A stretch of 64,000 nucleotides of DNA, taken from Gammaproteobacteria bacterium. Lineage in GTDB: Bacteria; Pseudomonadota; Gammaproteobacteria; Steroidobacterales; Steroidobacteraceae. Each line of letters opens with the position of its first letter. The first letter of the stretch is position 1. The stretch covers positions 3,109 to 67,108 of the forward strand of contig JBQTKI010000027.1 of NCBI GenBank assembly GCA_052386275.1. Reading direction: 5' to 3'. Positions 1 through 9,661 of this stretch are shown here, one piece after another. The notes beneath the pieces are model-generated. The model had not been told where the DNA came from and ran no database searches. It worked only from the letters and a program-made list of their open reading frames with translations. Position numbers and translations under genes: made by a program.

Positions 1-741
1 GACGCGGTTGCCGATCGCGGGCCGCAGTTCTTCCGGGATCGCGCCGTGGTACTCGATCGTGAGGTAAGAGATGCAGCGGCGCGCGTCGAGCTGGTAGGGC
101 GCGGTGATCGCGCCGGTCGGGCAGGCCGGGATGCACGCGCTGCAGGTCCCGCAGCGGTCCTTGGCCGGCGCGTCCACCGGCAGCGGCAGGTCGGTGAACA
201 GCTCGCCAAGCATGAACAGTGACCCGGCGCGTTCGTTAATGAGGTTGGTGTGCTTGCCGATCCAGCCGAGGCCGGCGTTGCGCGCAAGCGGCTTCTCCAG
301 CACCGGCGCCGAGTCGACAAAGGCGCGGTAGCCGAATGGCCCGATCTGGGCCTCGAGTGCGCGCGCGAGGCGCGCGAGGCGTCCGCGCAGCACCTTGTGG
401 TAGTCGCGCCCGAGCGCGTAGCGCGCGACGTAGGCGCGGCTGCCGTCGGCCAGCACGCGCGGGGCGGGCAGGGCGTCGGGCGCGCCCGCTGCCATGCGCA
501 CGCTGATCACGCGCACCGTGCCGGGCACCAGCAGGGCGGGCCGGCTGCGCCGGCGTCCATGGCGCTCCATGTAGTGCATCTCGCCGTGGCGCCGTTCCGC
601 GATCCAGCGTTCGAGATTCCGTTCGTCCTCGGGCAACTCGATGCCCGCGATGCCGACTTGGTCGAAGCCGAGTTCTGCCGCGAGCGCATCGAGCCGCGCC
701 CGCAGCGCGTTGAGTTCATGGGCGGTAAAGGCGCGTGGCAT
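1..741 (-). CDS. queG: epoxyqueuosine reductase QueG (N-terminal ~247 codons; 3' end runs off the window)
   Basis: Absent from the ORF track because it is open at the window edge. My minus-strand translation from ATG (739-741) reads MPRAFTAHELNALRARLDALAAEFGFDQVGIAG...YALGRDYHKVLRGRL...DRCGTCSACIPACPTGAITAPYQLDARRCISYLTIEYHG, with 4Fe-4S Cys motifs. Divergent from nnr as in E. coli. Confidence 0.8.
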   Translation of the reverse strand, partial: MPRAFTAHELNALRARLDALAAELGFDQVGIAGIELPEDERNLERWIAERRHGEMHYMERHGRRRSRPALLVPGTVRVISVRMAAGAPDALPAPRVLADGSRAYVARYALGRDYHKVLRGRLARLARALEAQIGPFGYRAFVDSAPVLEKPLARNAGLGWIGKHTNLINERAGSLFMLGELFTDLPLPVDAPAKDRCGTCSACIPACPTGAITAPYQLDARRCISYLTIEYHGAIPEELRPAIGNRV

Positions 742-769
742 GGCGGGGCCGTCGGCGGCGAGCGGCCAG

Positions 770-775
770 TATAAT
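770..775 (+). promoter_or_regulatory. candidate -10 box (perfect TATAAT), 7 nt upstream of the nnr ATG
   Basis: tataat at 770-775 in the 41-bp queG|nnr intergenic region, then cgccgcg, then ATG at 783. No convincing -35. Confidence 0.3.
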
Positions 776-782
776 CGCCGCG

Positions 783-2267
783 ATGGAAATGCTGCCCGTC
801 GAGGTCTACTCGGCCGCACAGGTCCGCGCGATGGACCGCCGCGCGATCGAGCGCGAGGGCATCCCCGGCTACACGATGATGCAGCGCGCGGGCGCCGCCG
901 CGTTGGAGTGCCTGCGCCGCTCCTGGCCCGCGGTCCGGCGCCTGCTGGTGGTCTGCGGCGCAGGCAACAACGGTGGCGACGGATACGTGCTCGCGCGCGT
1001 GGCGCAGGCGGCGGGGTTCGAGGTCACGGTCGCGGCGCTGGTGGATCCCCCGCGACTTGTTGGCGAAGCGGCGAAGGCATTCGAAGACTTCTCGACCGCC
1101 GGTGGCCGGCACGTCTCGTTCTCGAAGACGTTGCTGGCGGGCAAAGCCCTCGTCGTGGATGCGCTGCTCGGCACCGGCCTCGACCGCCCCGTCGCGGGCG
1201 GGATGCGCGACTGCATCGAGGCGGTCAACGCGAGCGGCCTGCCGGTGCTCGCGCTCGACGTTCCCTCGGGCCTGGACGCCGACAGCGGGCACGTGCGCGG
1301 GGCCGCGATCGCGGCCGCTCGCACCATCACCTTCGTCGGACTCAAGGCGGGCCTTTACCTCGGCGAGGCGCGCGAGCACATGGGCACGCTCGAGTTCGCG
1401 GGCTTGGGTGTACCCGCGTCGGTGTGTGAGGGCATGGTGCCGGTGCTGCGGCGCATGGATGCGTCGCTGCTCGCCGCGGCGCTGCCGCGGCGCCGGCGCG
1501 GCGCGCACAAGGGCGAGCACGGGCGCGTGTTGATCGTGGGCGGCCACGCCATGGCAGGCGCCGCACGGCTTGCGGGGGAGGCGGCGTTGCGCACCGGCGC
1601 GGGCCTGGTCGCAATCGCGACTTCCACCGCATCCGCGGCCGCGATCGTCGGCCGCCGCCCCGAGCTCATCTGCCACGCAGCGACGACGGCCTCGAAGCTG
1701 AGGCCACTCCTGAGGCCCGCGGACGCGCTCGCGATCGGCCCTGGCCTCGGTCTCGACCGACGCGCCATGCACTTGCTCGATGCGACGCTCGCTGCCGGCA
1801 AGCCTACGGTCGTGGATGCCGACGCGCTCACGCTCGCCGCAAAGCGCCCGCGCCGGCGGGCGCACTGGATCCTCACGCCGCATCCCGGCGAGGCCGCGCG
1901 GCTGCTCGATTCAAAGACCGCGGCGGTGCAGCGCGATCGACTCTCCGCGCTCGTCGCGATGCGGAAGCGCTATGGCGGGACCTGCGTGCTCAAGGGCGCG
2001 GGCACGCTCGTGAGTTCGGCCTCGGGCGCGCCCTGGGTCTGCGACCGCGGCAATCCCGGGATGGCGACTGCCGGCGCCGGCGACGTGCTGACCGGCGTCA
2101 TCGCGGCGCTCGCCGCCGGCGGCGCGGAGCCGGAACTCGCGGCGGCCGCCGGCGTCCTGCTGCATGCAATCGCCGGCGACCGCGCGGCTGCGGGCGGCGA
2201 GCGTGGCGTCATCGCGGGCGACTTGGTCGCGGAATTACGCCGCGCAGTGCAGCCGCCGTGGAATTGA
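783..2267 (+). CDS. nnr: bifunctional NAD(P)H-hydrate repair enzyme Nnr (epimerase + ADP-dependent dehydratase, YjeF)
   Basis: ORF 735..2267. MEMLPVEVYSAAQVRAMDRRAIE...VVCGAGNNGGDGYVLAR (YjeF_N) and HKGEHGRVLIVGG...GNPGMATAGAGDVLTG (carbohydrate-kinase part). The ATG at 783 fits homologue N-termini better than the GTG at 735. Confidence 0.9.
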   Translation: MEMLPVEVYSAAQVRAMDRRAIEREGIPGYTMMQRAGAAALECLRRSWPAVRRLLVVCGAGNNGGDGYVLARVAQAAGFEVTVAALVDPPRLVGEAAKAFEDFSTAGGRHVSFSKTLLAGKALVVDALLGTGLDRPVAGGMRDCIEAVNASGLPVLALDVPSGLDADSGHVRGAAIAAARTITFVGLKAGLYLGEAREHMGTLEFAGLGVPASVCEGMVPVLRRMDASLLAAALPRRRRGAHKGEHGRVLIVGGHAMAGAARLAGEAALRTGAGLVAIATSTASAAAIVGRRPELICHAATTASKLRPLLRPADALAIGPGLGLDRRAMHLLDATLAAGKPTVVDADALTLAAKRPRRRAHWILTPHPGEAARLLDSKTAAVQRDRLSALVAMRKRYGGTCVLKGAGTLVSSASGAPWVCDRGNPGMATAGAGDVLTGVIAALAAGGAEPELAAAAGVLLHAIAGDRAAAGGERGVIAGDLVAELRRAVQPPWN

Positions 2268-2740
2268 CGCTCGCGGACGAAGCCGCGACGGTGGCGGCGG
2301 GGGAGGCGCTCGCGCGCTCGCTGCCGGACCTGCGGCGGCACCGGTTGCTGCTCGGGCTCTCGGGCGAGCTCGGCAGCGGCAAGACTACGCTGGCGCGCGC
2401 GCTGCTCAGGGCGCTGGGCGTCACCGGCACGATCCGTAGCCCGACTTTCACGCTGGTCGAGCCCTACGAGACGCGCGCGGGAACGGTACACCACCTCGAT
2501 CTCTATCGGCTCGAGCGCGGCGCCACGGAGCTGGAAGCCCTCGGCTACCGTGACCTGCGCGCGCTGCCGGGGCTCGTGATGGTCGAGTGGCCGGAGCGCG
2601 GCGGCTCCGCCCTCGGCGAGGCCGACCTCGCGGTGACGCTCGAACATCGGCTCGCCGGGCGCGGTCTCAAGGCAGTCGCGGCGACCGAGCCGGGGCGGCT
2701 TTGGCTTTCCGCCTGGTCGGGTTCCGCTCGAAGTTCGTAG
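2258..2740 (+). CDS. tsaE: tRNA t6A37 biosynthesis ATPase TsaE (YjeE)
   Basis: LLGLSGELGSGKTTLARALLRALG (P-loop) ...SPTFTLVEPYE...HHLDLYRL. Sits between nnr and amiB as in E. coli. GTG start overlaps the nnr end by 10 nt. Confidence 0.9.
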   Translation: MELTLADEAATVAAGEALARSLPDLRRHRLLLGLSGELGSGKTTLARALLRALGVTGTIRSPTFTLVEPYETRAGTVHHLDLYRLERGATELEALGYRDLRALPGLVMVEWPERGGSALGEADLAVTLEHRLAGRGLKAVAATEPGRLWLSAWSGSARSS

Positions 2741-2815
2741 CGTATCTGGCTGAAATGGTTGAATGTTCGGGGGTCCATCGCTAGAGTAGCGTCAACCCTC
2801 ACCGACGGGTCCGCC

Positions 2816-4033
2816 ATGCGTTTTGCGCCGCGTTTCGCTGCAATCTCGCTGATGCTCGCGTCGGCGGCGGCGCAGGCCCAGTCGCCAACCGTGCAGCTAC
2901 AGGACATCCGCCTGTGGGCCAGCCCGGATTCCACGCGTGTCGTGCTCGACCTCTCGGCACCCGCCGGCTATTCCATGTTTTCCCTGAGCGAGCCGGAACG
3001 AGTCGTCATCGACCTCGAGCAGACCGCGCTCGCACCCGCGGGCGTCGCAACGCCGCCGGGGACCGGCATCGTCAGCGCGGTGCGGCTTGGCGAGCGCGAG
3101 GGCGGCGGCCTGCGCGTCGTGCTCGACGTCGGCGCGAAGGTTGTACCGAAAAGCTTCCTGACGCCGCCGAACGAGACCTACGGCCACCGCCTGGTCGTGG
3201 ACCTCGGACTGGAACAGGCGCCCAAGGCGGTCAAGGCAGTGGACAACGGCGGGGAACGCGACATCGTGATCGCGATCGACGCCGGCCACGGCGGCGAGGA
3301 CCCGGGCGCGGTCGGCAAGGCGGGCACGCGCGAGAAGACGGTCGTGCTCGCGGTCGCGAGGAAGCTCGCCCTGCGCATCAACGCCGAGCCCGGCATGCGC
3401 GCGGTGCTGACGCGCGACGGCGACTATTTCGTGCCGTTCCGCGACCGCATTAAGCGCGCGCGCGAGCACGAGGCCGACCTCTTCATCTCGATCCATGCCG
3501 ACGCGTTCGTGAACCGCAACGTGCGCGGCTCGTCGGTCTACGTGCTGTCCACGCGCCGCGCGAGCAACGAGGCGGCGCGCTGGCTGGCGGATCGCGAGAA
3601 CGCGGCCGACCTGATCGGCGGCGTGTCGCTCGACGACAAGCCGGACGTGCTCGCATCCGTGCTGCTCGACCTGTCGCAGAATGCCTCCATCAGCGCGAGC
3701 CGCGAGGCGGCCGCGCGCGTGCTCAAGGAACTCGACGACGTCGGCCAGCTCAAGAAGAGCGAGGTGCAGCACGCGAGCCTGATCGTGCTGACTTCGCCCG
3801 ACGTGCCGTCGATGCTGGTCGAGACCGCCTACATCTCGAACCCGGACGAAGAGAAGCGCCTGCGCGACCCGGCGCACCAGGGAAGGCTCGCGGGCGCGAT
3901 CCACCAGGGCGTGCGCCGCTACTTCTACGACAACCCGCCGCCCGGCACGCGCATCGCGATGCTGGCCACGCGCGAGCGCGCGGGCGAGAAGGTCACGACC
4001 GGCGCGAGCGTCGCCGCCGTCGGCGGCACCTGA
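2816..4033 (+). CDS. amiB: N-acetylmuramoyl-L-alanine amidase (AmiB/AmiC type, AMIN + Amidase_3)
   Basis: ORF 2759..4033. Signal peptide MRFAPRFAAISLMLASAAAQAQ from the ATG at 2816. IAIDAGHGGEDPGAVG...ADLFISIHADA...LVETAYISNPDEE. Confidence 0.88.
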   Translation: MRFAPRFAAISLMLASAAAQAQSPTVQLQDIRLWASPDSTRVVLDLSAPAGYSMFSLSEPERVVIDLEQTALAPAGVATPPGTGIVSAVRLGEREGGGLRVVLDVGAKVVPKSFLTPPNETYGHRLVVDLGLEQAPKAVKAVDNGGERDIVIAIDAGHGGEDPGAVGKAGTREKTVVLAVARKLALRINAEPGMRAVLTRDGDYFVPFRDRIKRAREHEADLFISIHADAFVNRNVRGSSVYVLSTRRASNEAARWLADRENAADLIGGVSLDDKPDVLASVLLDLSQNASISASREAAARVLKELDDVGQLKKSEVQHASLIVLTSPDVPSMLVETAYISNPDEEKRLRDPAHQGRLAGAIHQGVRRYFYDNPPPGTRIAMLATRERAGEKVTTGASVAAVGGT

Positions 4034-4075
4034 TCGCGGCACCCGCTGCTAGACTGGCGTGCTGTGGGGCACGCC

Positions 4076-5812
4076 ATGCCGATCCGCATCCTCGCAGATC
4101 CGCTGATCGACCAGATCGCCGCCGGCGAGGTGATCGAGCGCCCAGCTTCGGTCGCCAAGGAACTGATCGAGAATGCGCTGGATGCCGGCGCGCACCAGGT
4201 CGCGATCGACGTGGAACACGGCGGGATCCGCCTGATCCGCGTGCGCGACGATGGCGCCGGCATTCCCGCGGCGGAACTCACGCTCGCGCTCGCGCGCCAC
4301 GCGACCAGCAAGATCACGAATCTCGATGATCTGGAGCGGGTTGGCACGCTCGGCTTCCGCGGCGAGGCGCTGCCTTCGATCGCCTCGGTCTCGCGCCTGA
4401 CGCTGACCTCGCGCGCGGCGGGCGCGGCTGCGGCCTCGCAGGTGGAAGCCGCCGACGGCCGCACCGGCAAGCCGCGACCCGCGGCGCACCCGCCCGGCAC
4501 CAGCGTCGAGGTGCGCGACCTGTTCCACAAGGTGCCGGCGCGGCGCAGGTTCCTGCGCTCCGAGGCGACCGAGTTCCAGCACCTGCTGCGCACGGTCACC
4601 AGGCTCGCGCTGTCGCGCTTCGACGTCGCCTTCACGCTGACGCACAACCGGCGCGAGCAATTCGCGCTGCCGGCGGCGGCGGGCAGGCGCGAGCGCGAAG
4701 AGCGCGTGGCACGGCTGGTGGGCGCCGAGTTCGTCGAGAACTCGCGCTACCTCGAGTTCCGCCACGGCGGGCAGGCGCTCGAGGGCTGGATCGGGCTGCC
4801 CTCGCAGTCGCGCGCGCAACCGGACCGTCAGTTCCTGTTCGTGAACGGTCGCATGGTGCGCGACCGGCTGCTCGCGAATGCGGCGCGGCTCGGCTACCGC
4901 GACGTCAGCTACGGCGCGCGGCATCCGGCCTGGCTGCTGTACCTGATGCTCGATCCGGCGCAGGTGGACGTGAATGCGCACCCGCAGAAGCTCGAGCTGC
5001 GCTTTCGCGACGCACGCGGCGTGCACGACTTCGTGTTCCGCGCCGTCGAACGGGCGCTCGCCGCGGCCGGCGCCGAAGCGGCTGCCGCGCCGCCGGTCGC
5101 TGCCGCGACCTGGCTCGATGGCGCAACCGGCGTGGCGGGCGCCGCGCGGCTGCCACTTTCCGAGCAGGCGGCCGGCTTCGGCATCGCCGACCGGTCGCCG
5201 CCCGAACCATCGCCTGCCGCTGCGATGGAGGCGCCGCTCGGCTACGCGATCGCGCAATTGCACGGCATCTACGTCCTGAGCCAGACCGCGGACGGCATGG
5301 CGCTCGTGGACATGCATGCCGCGCACGAACGCATCATCTATGAGCAGCTGAAGGCCGCGCTCGCCGCGGGCGGCGGCGCGCGCCAGTCGCTGCTGGTGCC
5401 GGCGATCGTCGAGACCACCGAAGCCGACGCGACGCTGGCGGAGGAACACCGGGGCGAGCTCGCCGCGGCGGGCCTCGTCGTCGACCGCCTCGGTCCTGCG
5501 ACACTCGCGGTGCGCGAACTGCCGCCGGTGCTCGCAGGGCAGGACATCGCGGGCGTGCTGCGCGATGCACTCGCGGACCTCGGGCGCCATGGCGCCACCC
5601 ACCGGATCGAGGAACGCCAGCATGAGCTGCTGGCGAACATCGCCTGCAGGAGCGCCGTGCGCGCGCACCGCGCGCTCACGATCCCGGAGATGAATGCACT
5701 GCTGCGCGACATGGAGCGCACCGAGCGATCCGGGCACTGCAGCCACGGCCGGCCGACCTGGACCCGGGTCACGCTCGCCGAGCTCGACCGGCTGTTCCTG
5801 CGCGGCCGCTGA
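4076..5812 (+). CDS. mutL: DNA mismatch repair endonuclease MutL
   Basis: MPIRILADPLIDQIAAGEVIERPASVAKELIENALDAGA (GHKL ATPase). C-terminal ...CSHGRPTWTRVTLAELDRLFLRGR. The ATG at 4076 matches the E. coli MutL N-terminus; the track ORF starts at the GTG at 4064. Confidence 0.93.
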   Translation: MPIRILADPLIDQIAAGEVIERPASVAKELIENALDAGAHQVAIDVEHGGIRLIRVRDDGAGIPAAELTLALARHATSKITNLDDLERVGTLGFRGEALPSIASVSRLTLTSRAAGAAAASQVEAADGRTGKPRPAAHPPGTSVEVRDLFHKVPARRRFLRSEATEFQHLLRTVTRLALSRFDVAFTLTHNRREQFALPAAAGRREREERVARLVGAEFVENSRYLEFRHGGQALEGWIGLPSQSRAQPDRQFLFVNGRMVRDRLLANAARLGYRDVSYGARHPAWLLYLMLDPAQVDVNAHPQKLELRFRDARGVHDFVFRAVERALAAAGAEAAAAPPVAAATWLDGATGVAGAARLPLSEQAAGFGIADRSPPEPSPAAAMEAPLGYAIAQLHGIYVLSQTADGMALVDMHAAHERIIYEQLKAALAAGGGARQSLLVPAIVETTEADATLAEEHRGELAAAGLVVDRLGPATLAVRELPPVLAGQDIAGVLRDALADLGRHGATHRIEERQHELLANIACRSAVRAHRALTIPEMNALLRDMERTERSGHCSHGRPTWTRVTLAELDRLFLRGR

Positions 5813-6750
5813 TGCCGCGTCCGCGCGCGATCATGCTGATGGGCCCGACCGGATCGGGCAAGACCGAGCGCGCGGTGGCGCTGTCCGCGCGCTTTCCGCT
5901 CGAGATCGTGAGCGTGGACTCGGCGATGGTGTATCGCGGGATGGACATCGGCACGGCCAAGCCGCCGGCGGAACTCCTGGCGCGCGCGCCGCATCACCTG
6001 ATCGACCTGATCGACCCGTCGGAAAGCTACTCCGCTGCGCGCTTCGTCGGTGACGCCACGCGCGCGATGGAGGAGATCGCCGCGCGCGGGCGCGTGCCGC
6101 TCCTGGTCGGCGGCACCATGCTTTACTTCCGCGCGCTGCAGTCCGGCCTCGCCCGGCTCCCGGCCGCGAACCCCGCGATCCGCCGCAGTCTCGATCAGCG
6201 CGCCGCACGCGAGGGCTGGCAGGCCCTGCACGCCCTGCTCGCGACGCAGGACCCGGAGGCGGCCGCCCGCATCCGTCCCGGCGACCGGCAGCGGATCCAG
6301 CGCGCGCTCGAGGTCATCGCGATCACGGGCGGGCCGATCTCCGCGCGCCAGCGCGAGAACCTGCGCGGCGCGTCCACTGCCGGCGACCTGCGCCTCGTGC
6401 TTGCGCCTGCCGACCGCGCGGCTCACGCCGCGCGCCTGGCTGAGCGCTTCGGGGAAATGATGCGCCGCGGCCTGCTCGAGGAAGTGCGCGCGCTGTTCCA
6501 GCGCGGCGACCTGCATGCCGGTATGCCGGCCGTCCGCCTGATCGGTTACCGGCAGCTGTGGGCGCATCTCGAGGGCCGATGCACGCTTGAAGATGCCGTG
6601 GAGCAGGCGATCGTCGCGACCCGCCAGTACTCGCGGCGCCAGCTCACCTGGCTGCGCGCCGAGCCGCAGGCGGCTTGGCTTGCTGCTGACGACCCGGCGA
6701 CGTCCGGGCGCGTGGCGGAAAGCATCGATAACTGGCTGAAAACCGCCTGA
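5812..6750 (+). CDS. miaA: tRNA dimethylallyltransferase MiaA
   Basis: [19 protein letters not shown]...[24 protein letters not shown] overlap with the mutL stop. Confidence 0.93.
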   Translation: MPRPRAIMLMGPTGSGKTERAVALSARFPLEIVSVDSAMVYRGMDIGTAKPPAELLARAPHHLIDLIDPSESYSAARFVGDATRAMEEIAARGRVPLLVGGTMLYFRALQSGLARLPAANPAIRRSLDQRAAREGWQALHALLATQDPEAAARIRPGDRQRIQRALEVIAITGGPISARQRENLRGASTAGDLRLVLAPADRAAHAARLAERFGEMMRRGLLEEVRALFQRGDLHAGMPAVRLIGYRQLWAHLEGRCTLEDAVEQAIVATRQYSRRQLTWLRAEPQAAWLAADDPATSGRVAESIDNWLKTA

Positions 6751-6889
6751 GACCGGGTCCAGACGAGGTGCTAGACTGCGTCACTTGCGGGCGACGCCTG
6801 TGGCGTTTGTTTGCAGCCCCGCTTGCGTATCGTGTAGCCGCCGTGCCCCCGTAGAGCGGCATGAACTTTTACAAAAACAAGGAGTTACC

Positions 6890-7153
6890 ATGGCCAGAGG
6901 TCAGTCCCTTCAGGATCCCTTCTTGAATGCCCTGCGCAAGGAGCGCGTGCCCGTGTCCATTTACCTGGTCAACGGGATCAAATTGCAGGGCCAGATCGAT
7001 TCCTTCGACCAGTTCGTCGTGCTCCTGAAAAACTCCGTCAGCCAGATGGTCTACAAGCACGCGATTTCGACCGTCGTGCCCGCCCGCAACGTGCGCCTGC
7101 CGGCGGCGGAAGGAGCGGAGGAAGACGGCGTCAGGGAAGCCGAGCCCGCATGA
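6890..7153 (+). CDS. hfq: RNA chaperone Hfq
   Basis: [64 protein letters not shown] (Sm1/Sm2). AAGGAG RBS at 6879-6884. The track ORF 6785 start is an upstream artefact. Confidence 0.95.
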   Translation: MARGQSLQDPFLNALRKERVPVSIYLVNGIKLQGQIDSFDQFVVLLKNSVSQMVYKHAISTVVPARNVRLPAAEGAEEDGVREAEPA

Positions 7154-7174
7154 GGCAGGTTCCGGCAGGATCCA

Positions 7175-8515
7175 TTGTTCGAACGGCCTGAGCGGGGCGA
7201 ACGCGCGATCCTCGTGCGCATCGGTCTCGGCTCGCCGGTGGACGCCGACGAGCTCGCCGAATTCGAGGCGCTCGCGCGCTCCGCGGGCGCGCTGCCGGTT
7301 GCTACGTTGACCGGCTCGCGCCGTACGCCGGACCCGCGCTACTTCATTGGCAGCGGCAAGGCCGAGGAAGTGCGGGTCTGCGCCCTCGCGGACGGCGCCG
7401 ACGTCGTGCTGGTGGACCACGACCTGTCGCCGTCGCAGGAGCGCAACCTCGAGCAGCTCGTCGGCCGGCGCGTGCTCGACCGCACCGGGCTCATCCTCGA
7501 CATATTCGCACAACGCGCGCGAAGCGCCGAGGGCAAACTGGAGGTCGAGCTCGCGCAGCTCAAGCACCTGTCCACGCGACTGGTGCGCGGCTGGACCCAC
7601 CTCGAGCGGCAGAAAGGCGGCATCGGCCTGCGCGGCCCAGGCGAGACCCAGCTCGAGACCGACCGCCGCCTGGTCGGCAAGCGCATCCGCACGCTCGCGT
7701 CGCGGCTCGAGAAGCTCGCGCGCCAGCGCGACACCGGCAGGAGCGTGAGAAAGCGCGTGCCGGTGCCGTCCGTCGCGCTCGTGGGCTACACCAACGCCGG
7801 CAAGTCCACGCTGTTCCGCTCGCTCACCGGCCACGATGCCTACGTGGCCGACCAGCTGTTCGCGACCCTCGACCCGACCGTGCGGCGCATCCGGCTGCCG
7901 CACACGCCCGACATCGTGCTCGCGGACACGGTCGGCTTCGTGCGCGACCTGCCGCACGAGCTGGTCGCCGCGTTCCGCTCGACCCTGATGGAGGCGCGCG
8001 ACGCGGACCTGCTGCTGCAGGTGGTGGACGCGGCCGACCCGGACCGCGAGCGCCACATGGCGCAGGTGGACGAGGTGCTGGCCGGCATCGGCGCGGGCAC
8101 GATTCCGCAGCTGCACGTCTACAACAAGATCGACCGGCTCGGCCGCGCGCCCGAACTCGCGCGCGGCGCCGACGGTCGGCCGGCGGCCGTGTGGCTCTCG
8201 GCGGCGACCGGCGTGGGCGTCGCGCTCCTGCGCGACAGCCTGCAGGAGATTTTCGGCGAGACGGCAATGAACATGACGGTTCGCCTGCCGCCGTCGCAAG
8301 GCCGGCTGCGTTCCCAGTTGTACGCGCTCGGCCTGGTGCGCGGCGAGACGGCGGCGGCCGACGGCGGCGCGGAACTCACGGTCGAGTCCTCCCACCGCCA
8401 GCTTGAGGAACTCTGCCGCGCCGCGGGCCTCGACTTCGCATGCGTCGCGTCGCCTTGTCTGCCCGCGGAGGGCTTCGTAGAATTCGGGCGCGAAAGCGCG
8501 ATATCCGCCGCCTGA
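7175..8515 (+). CDS. hflX: ribosome-associated GTPase HflX
   Basis: TTG start. MFERPERGERAILV...ILDIFAQRARSAEGKLEVELAQLKHLSTRLVRGWTHLERQKGGIGLRGPGETQLETDRR...LVGYTNAGKSTLF, near-colinear with E. coli HflX. Confidence 0.93.
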   Translation: MFERPERGERAILVRIGLGSPVDADELAEFEALARSAGALPVATLTGSRRTPDPRYFIGSGKAEEVRVCALADGADVVLVDHDLSPSQERNLEQLVGRRVLDRTGLILDIFAQRARSAEGKLEVELAQLKHLSTRLVRGWTHLERQKGGIGLRGPGETQLETDRRLVGKRIRTLASRLEKLARQRDTGRSVRKRVPVPSVALVGYTNAGKSTLFRSLTGHDAYVADQLFATLDPTVRRIRLPHTPDIVLADTVGFVRDLPHELVAAFRSTLMEARDADLLLQVVDAADPDRERHMAQVDEVLAGIGAGTIPQLHVYNKIDRLGRAPELARGADGRPAAVWLSAATGVGVALLRDSLQEIFGETAMNMTVRLPPSQGRLRSQLYALGLVRGETAAADGGAELTVESSHRQLEELCRAAGLDFACVASPCLPAEGFVEFGRESAISAA

Positions 8516-8536
8516 CTCCCGAACGCGAGCACATGC

Positions 8537-9661
8537 ATGGCCTGGAATGATCCCGGCAAGAACGAGAACCCCTGGCAGCGCCGGCCCGAGCCGGGTCCGC
8601 CCGACCTGGACGAGGCGCTGCGCCGCCTGCAGAAGAAGCTGCGCGGCATGTTCGGCGGCGGCGGGCGGGGGCCGGGCGCGGGCGCGACGCGCGGCGGCGG
8701 CGCATTTGGCCTCGGCTACATCGTCGCGGGCCTGCTGATCCTCTGGGGCCTTACCGGCTTCTACCAGAATGACGCGGCGGAGCGCTCGGTCATCACGCGT
8801 TTCGGCCGCTACGTCGCGACCACGACCGCGGGCCTCAACTGGCGTATCCCGTGGCCGATCGACCGGCGCACCGTCGTGAACGTCTCCGAGTTCCAGAGCT
8901 TCTCCGATCGCACGCGCATGCTGACGCAGGACGAGGCGCTGGTGGACATCAACCTCGCCGTTCAGTACCGGCGGGCGGACCCGGAGAATTTCGTGTTCGT
9001 CGTGCGCGACCCCGAGGAGACGCTCGGCGAGGTCAGCGAGAGCGCGATCCGCGAGGTCATCGGCCAGAGCAAGCTCGACTTCGTGCTCGAGCTCGGCCGC
9101 CAGGAAATCAGCGCCAGGACCAAGGAGCTGGTGCAGCGCACGATCCGGGCCTACAACACCGGCATCGAGGTCATCAGCGTCAACCTTCAGGACGTCAGCG
9201 TCCCGGAGCAGGTGGCGCCCGCGCAGAAGGACGCGATCAAGGCGCGCGAGGACAAGGACCGCGCCACGCTCTCCGCGCAGACTTACGCCAACGACATCGT
9301 GCCGAAGGCGCGCGGCGCCGCGGTCAGCACGGTCGAGGGCGCGCGTGCCTACCGCAGCCGCAAGATCGCCGACGCCGAGGGCGAGACGGCGCGCTTCCTC
9401 GCGCTTGCGACCGAGTACCAGCGGGCGCCCGCGGTGACGCGCGAGCGGCTCTACCTCGAGACCATGGAGCGGGTGCTGGGCTCTTCGGCCAAGATCATCG
9501 TCGACACCCAGGGCGCCGGGAACCTGGTGTACTTGCCCCTCGACAAGCTGCTCGAGCAGCGCGGCCAGCAGCGCGCGCCGGTCGAGACGCCACCGACGAT
9601 CCGGCTCGAGGATGGCAGCGCGGTCGAGGCCCAGGACCCGCGGACGCGGAGGGAACGCTGA
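8537..9661 (+). CDS. hflK: FtsH protease modulator HflK (SPFH/band 7)
   Basis: MAWNDPGKNENPWQRR... N-terminus as in E. coli HflK, one TM segment, SPFH domain. Follows hflX. Confidence 0.92.
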   Translation: MAWNDPGKNENPWQRRPEPGPPDLDEALRRLQKKLRGMFGGGGRGPGAGATRGGGAFGLGYIVAGLLILWGLTGFYQNDAAERSVITRFGRYVATTTAGLNWRIPWPIDRRTVVNVSEFQSFSDRTRMLTQDEALVDINLAVQYRRADPENFVFVVRDPEETLGEVSESAIREVIGQSKLDFVLELGRQEISARTKELVQRTIRAYNTGIEVISVNLQDVSVPEQVAPAQKDAIKAREDKDRATLSAQTYANDIVPKARGAAVSTVEGARAYRSRKIADAEGETARFLALATEYQRAPAVTRERLYLETMERVLGSSAKIIVDTQGAGNLVYLPLDKLLEQRGQQRAPVETPPTIRLEDGSAVEAQDPRTRRER

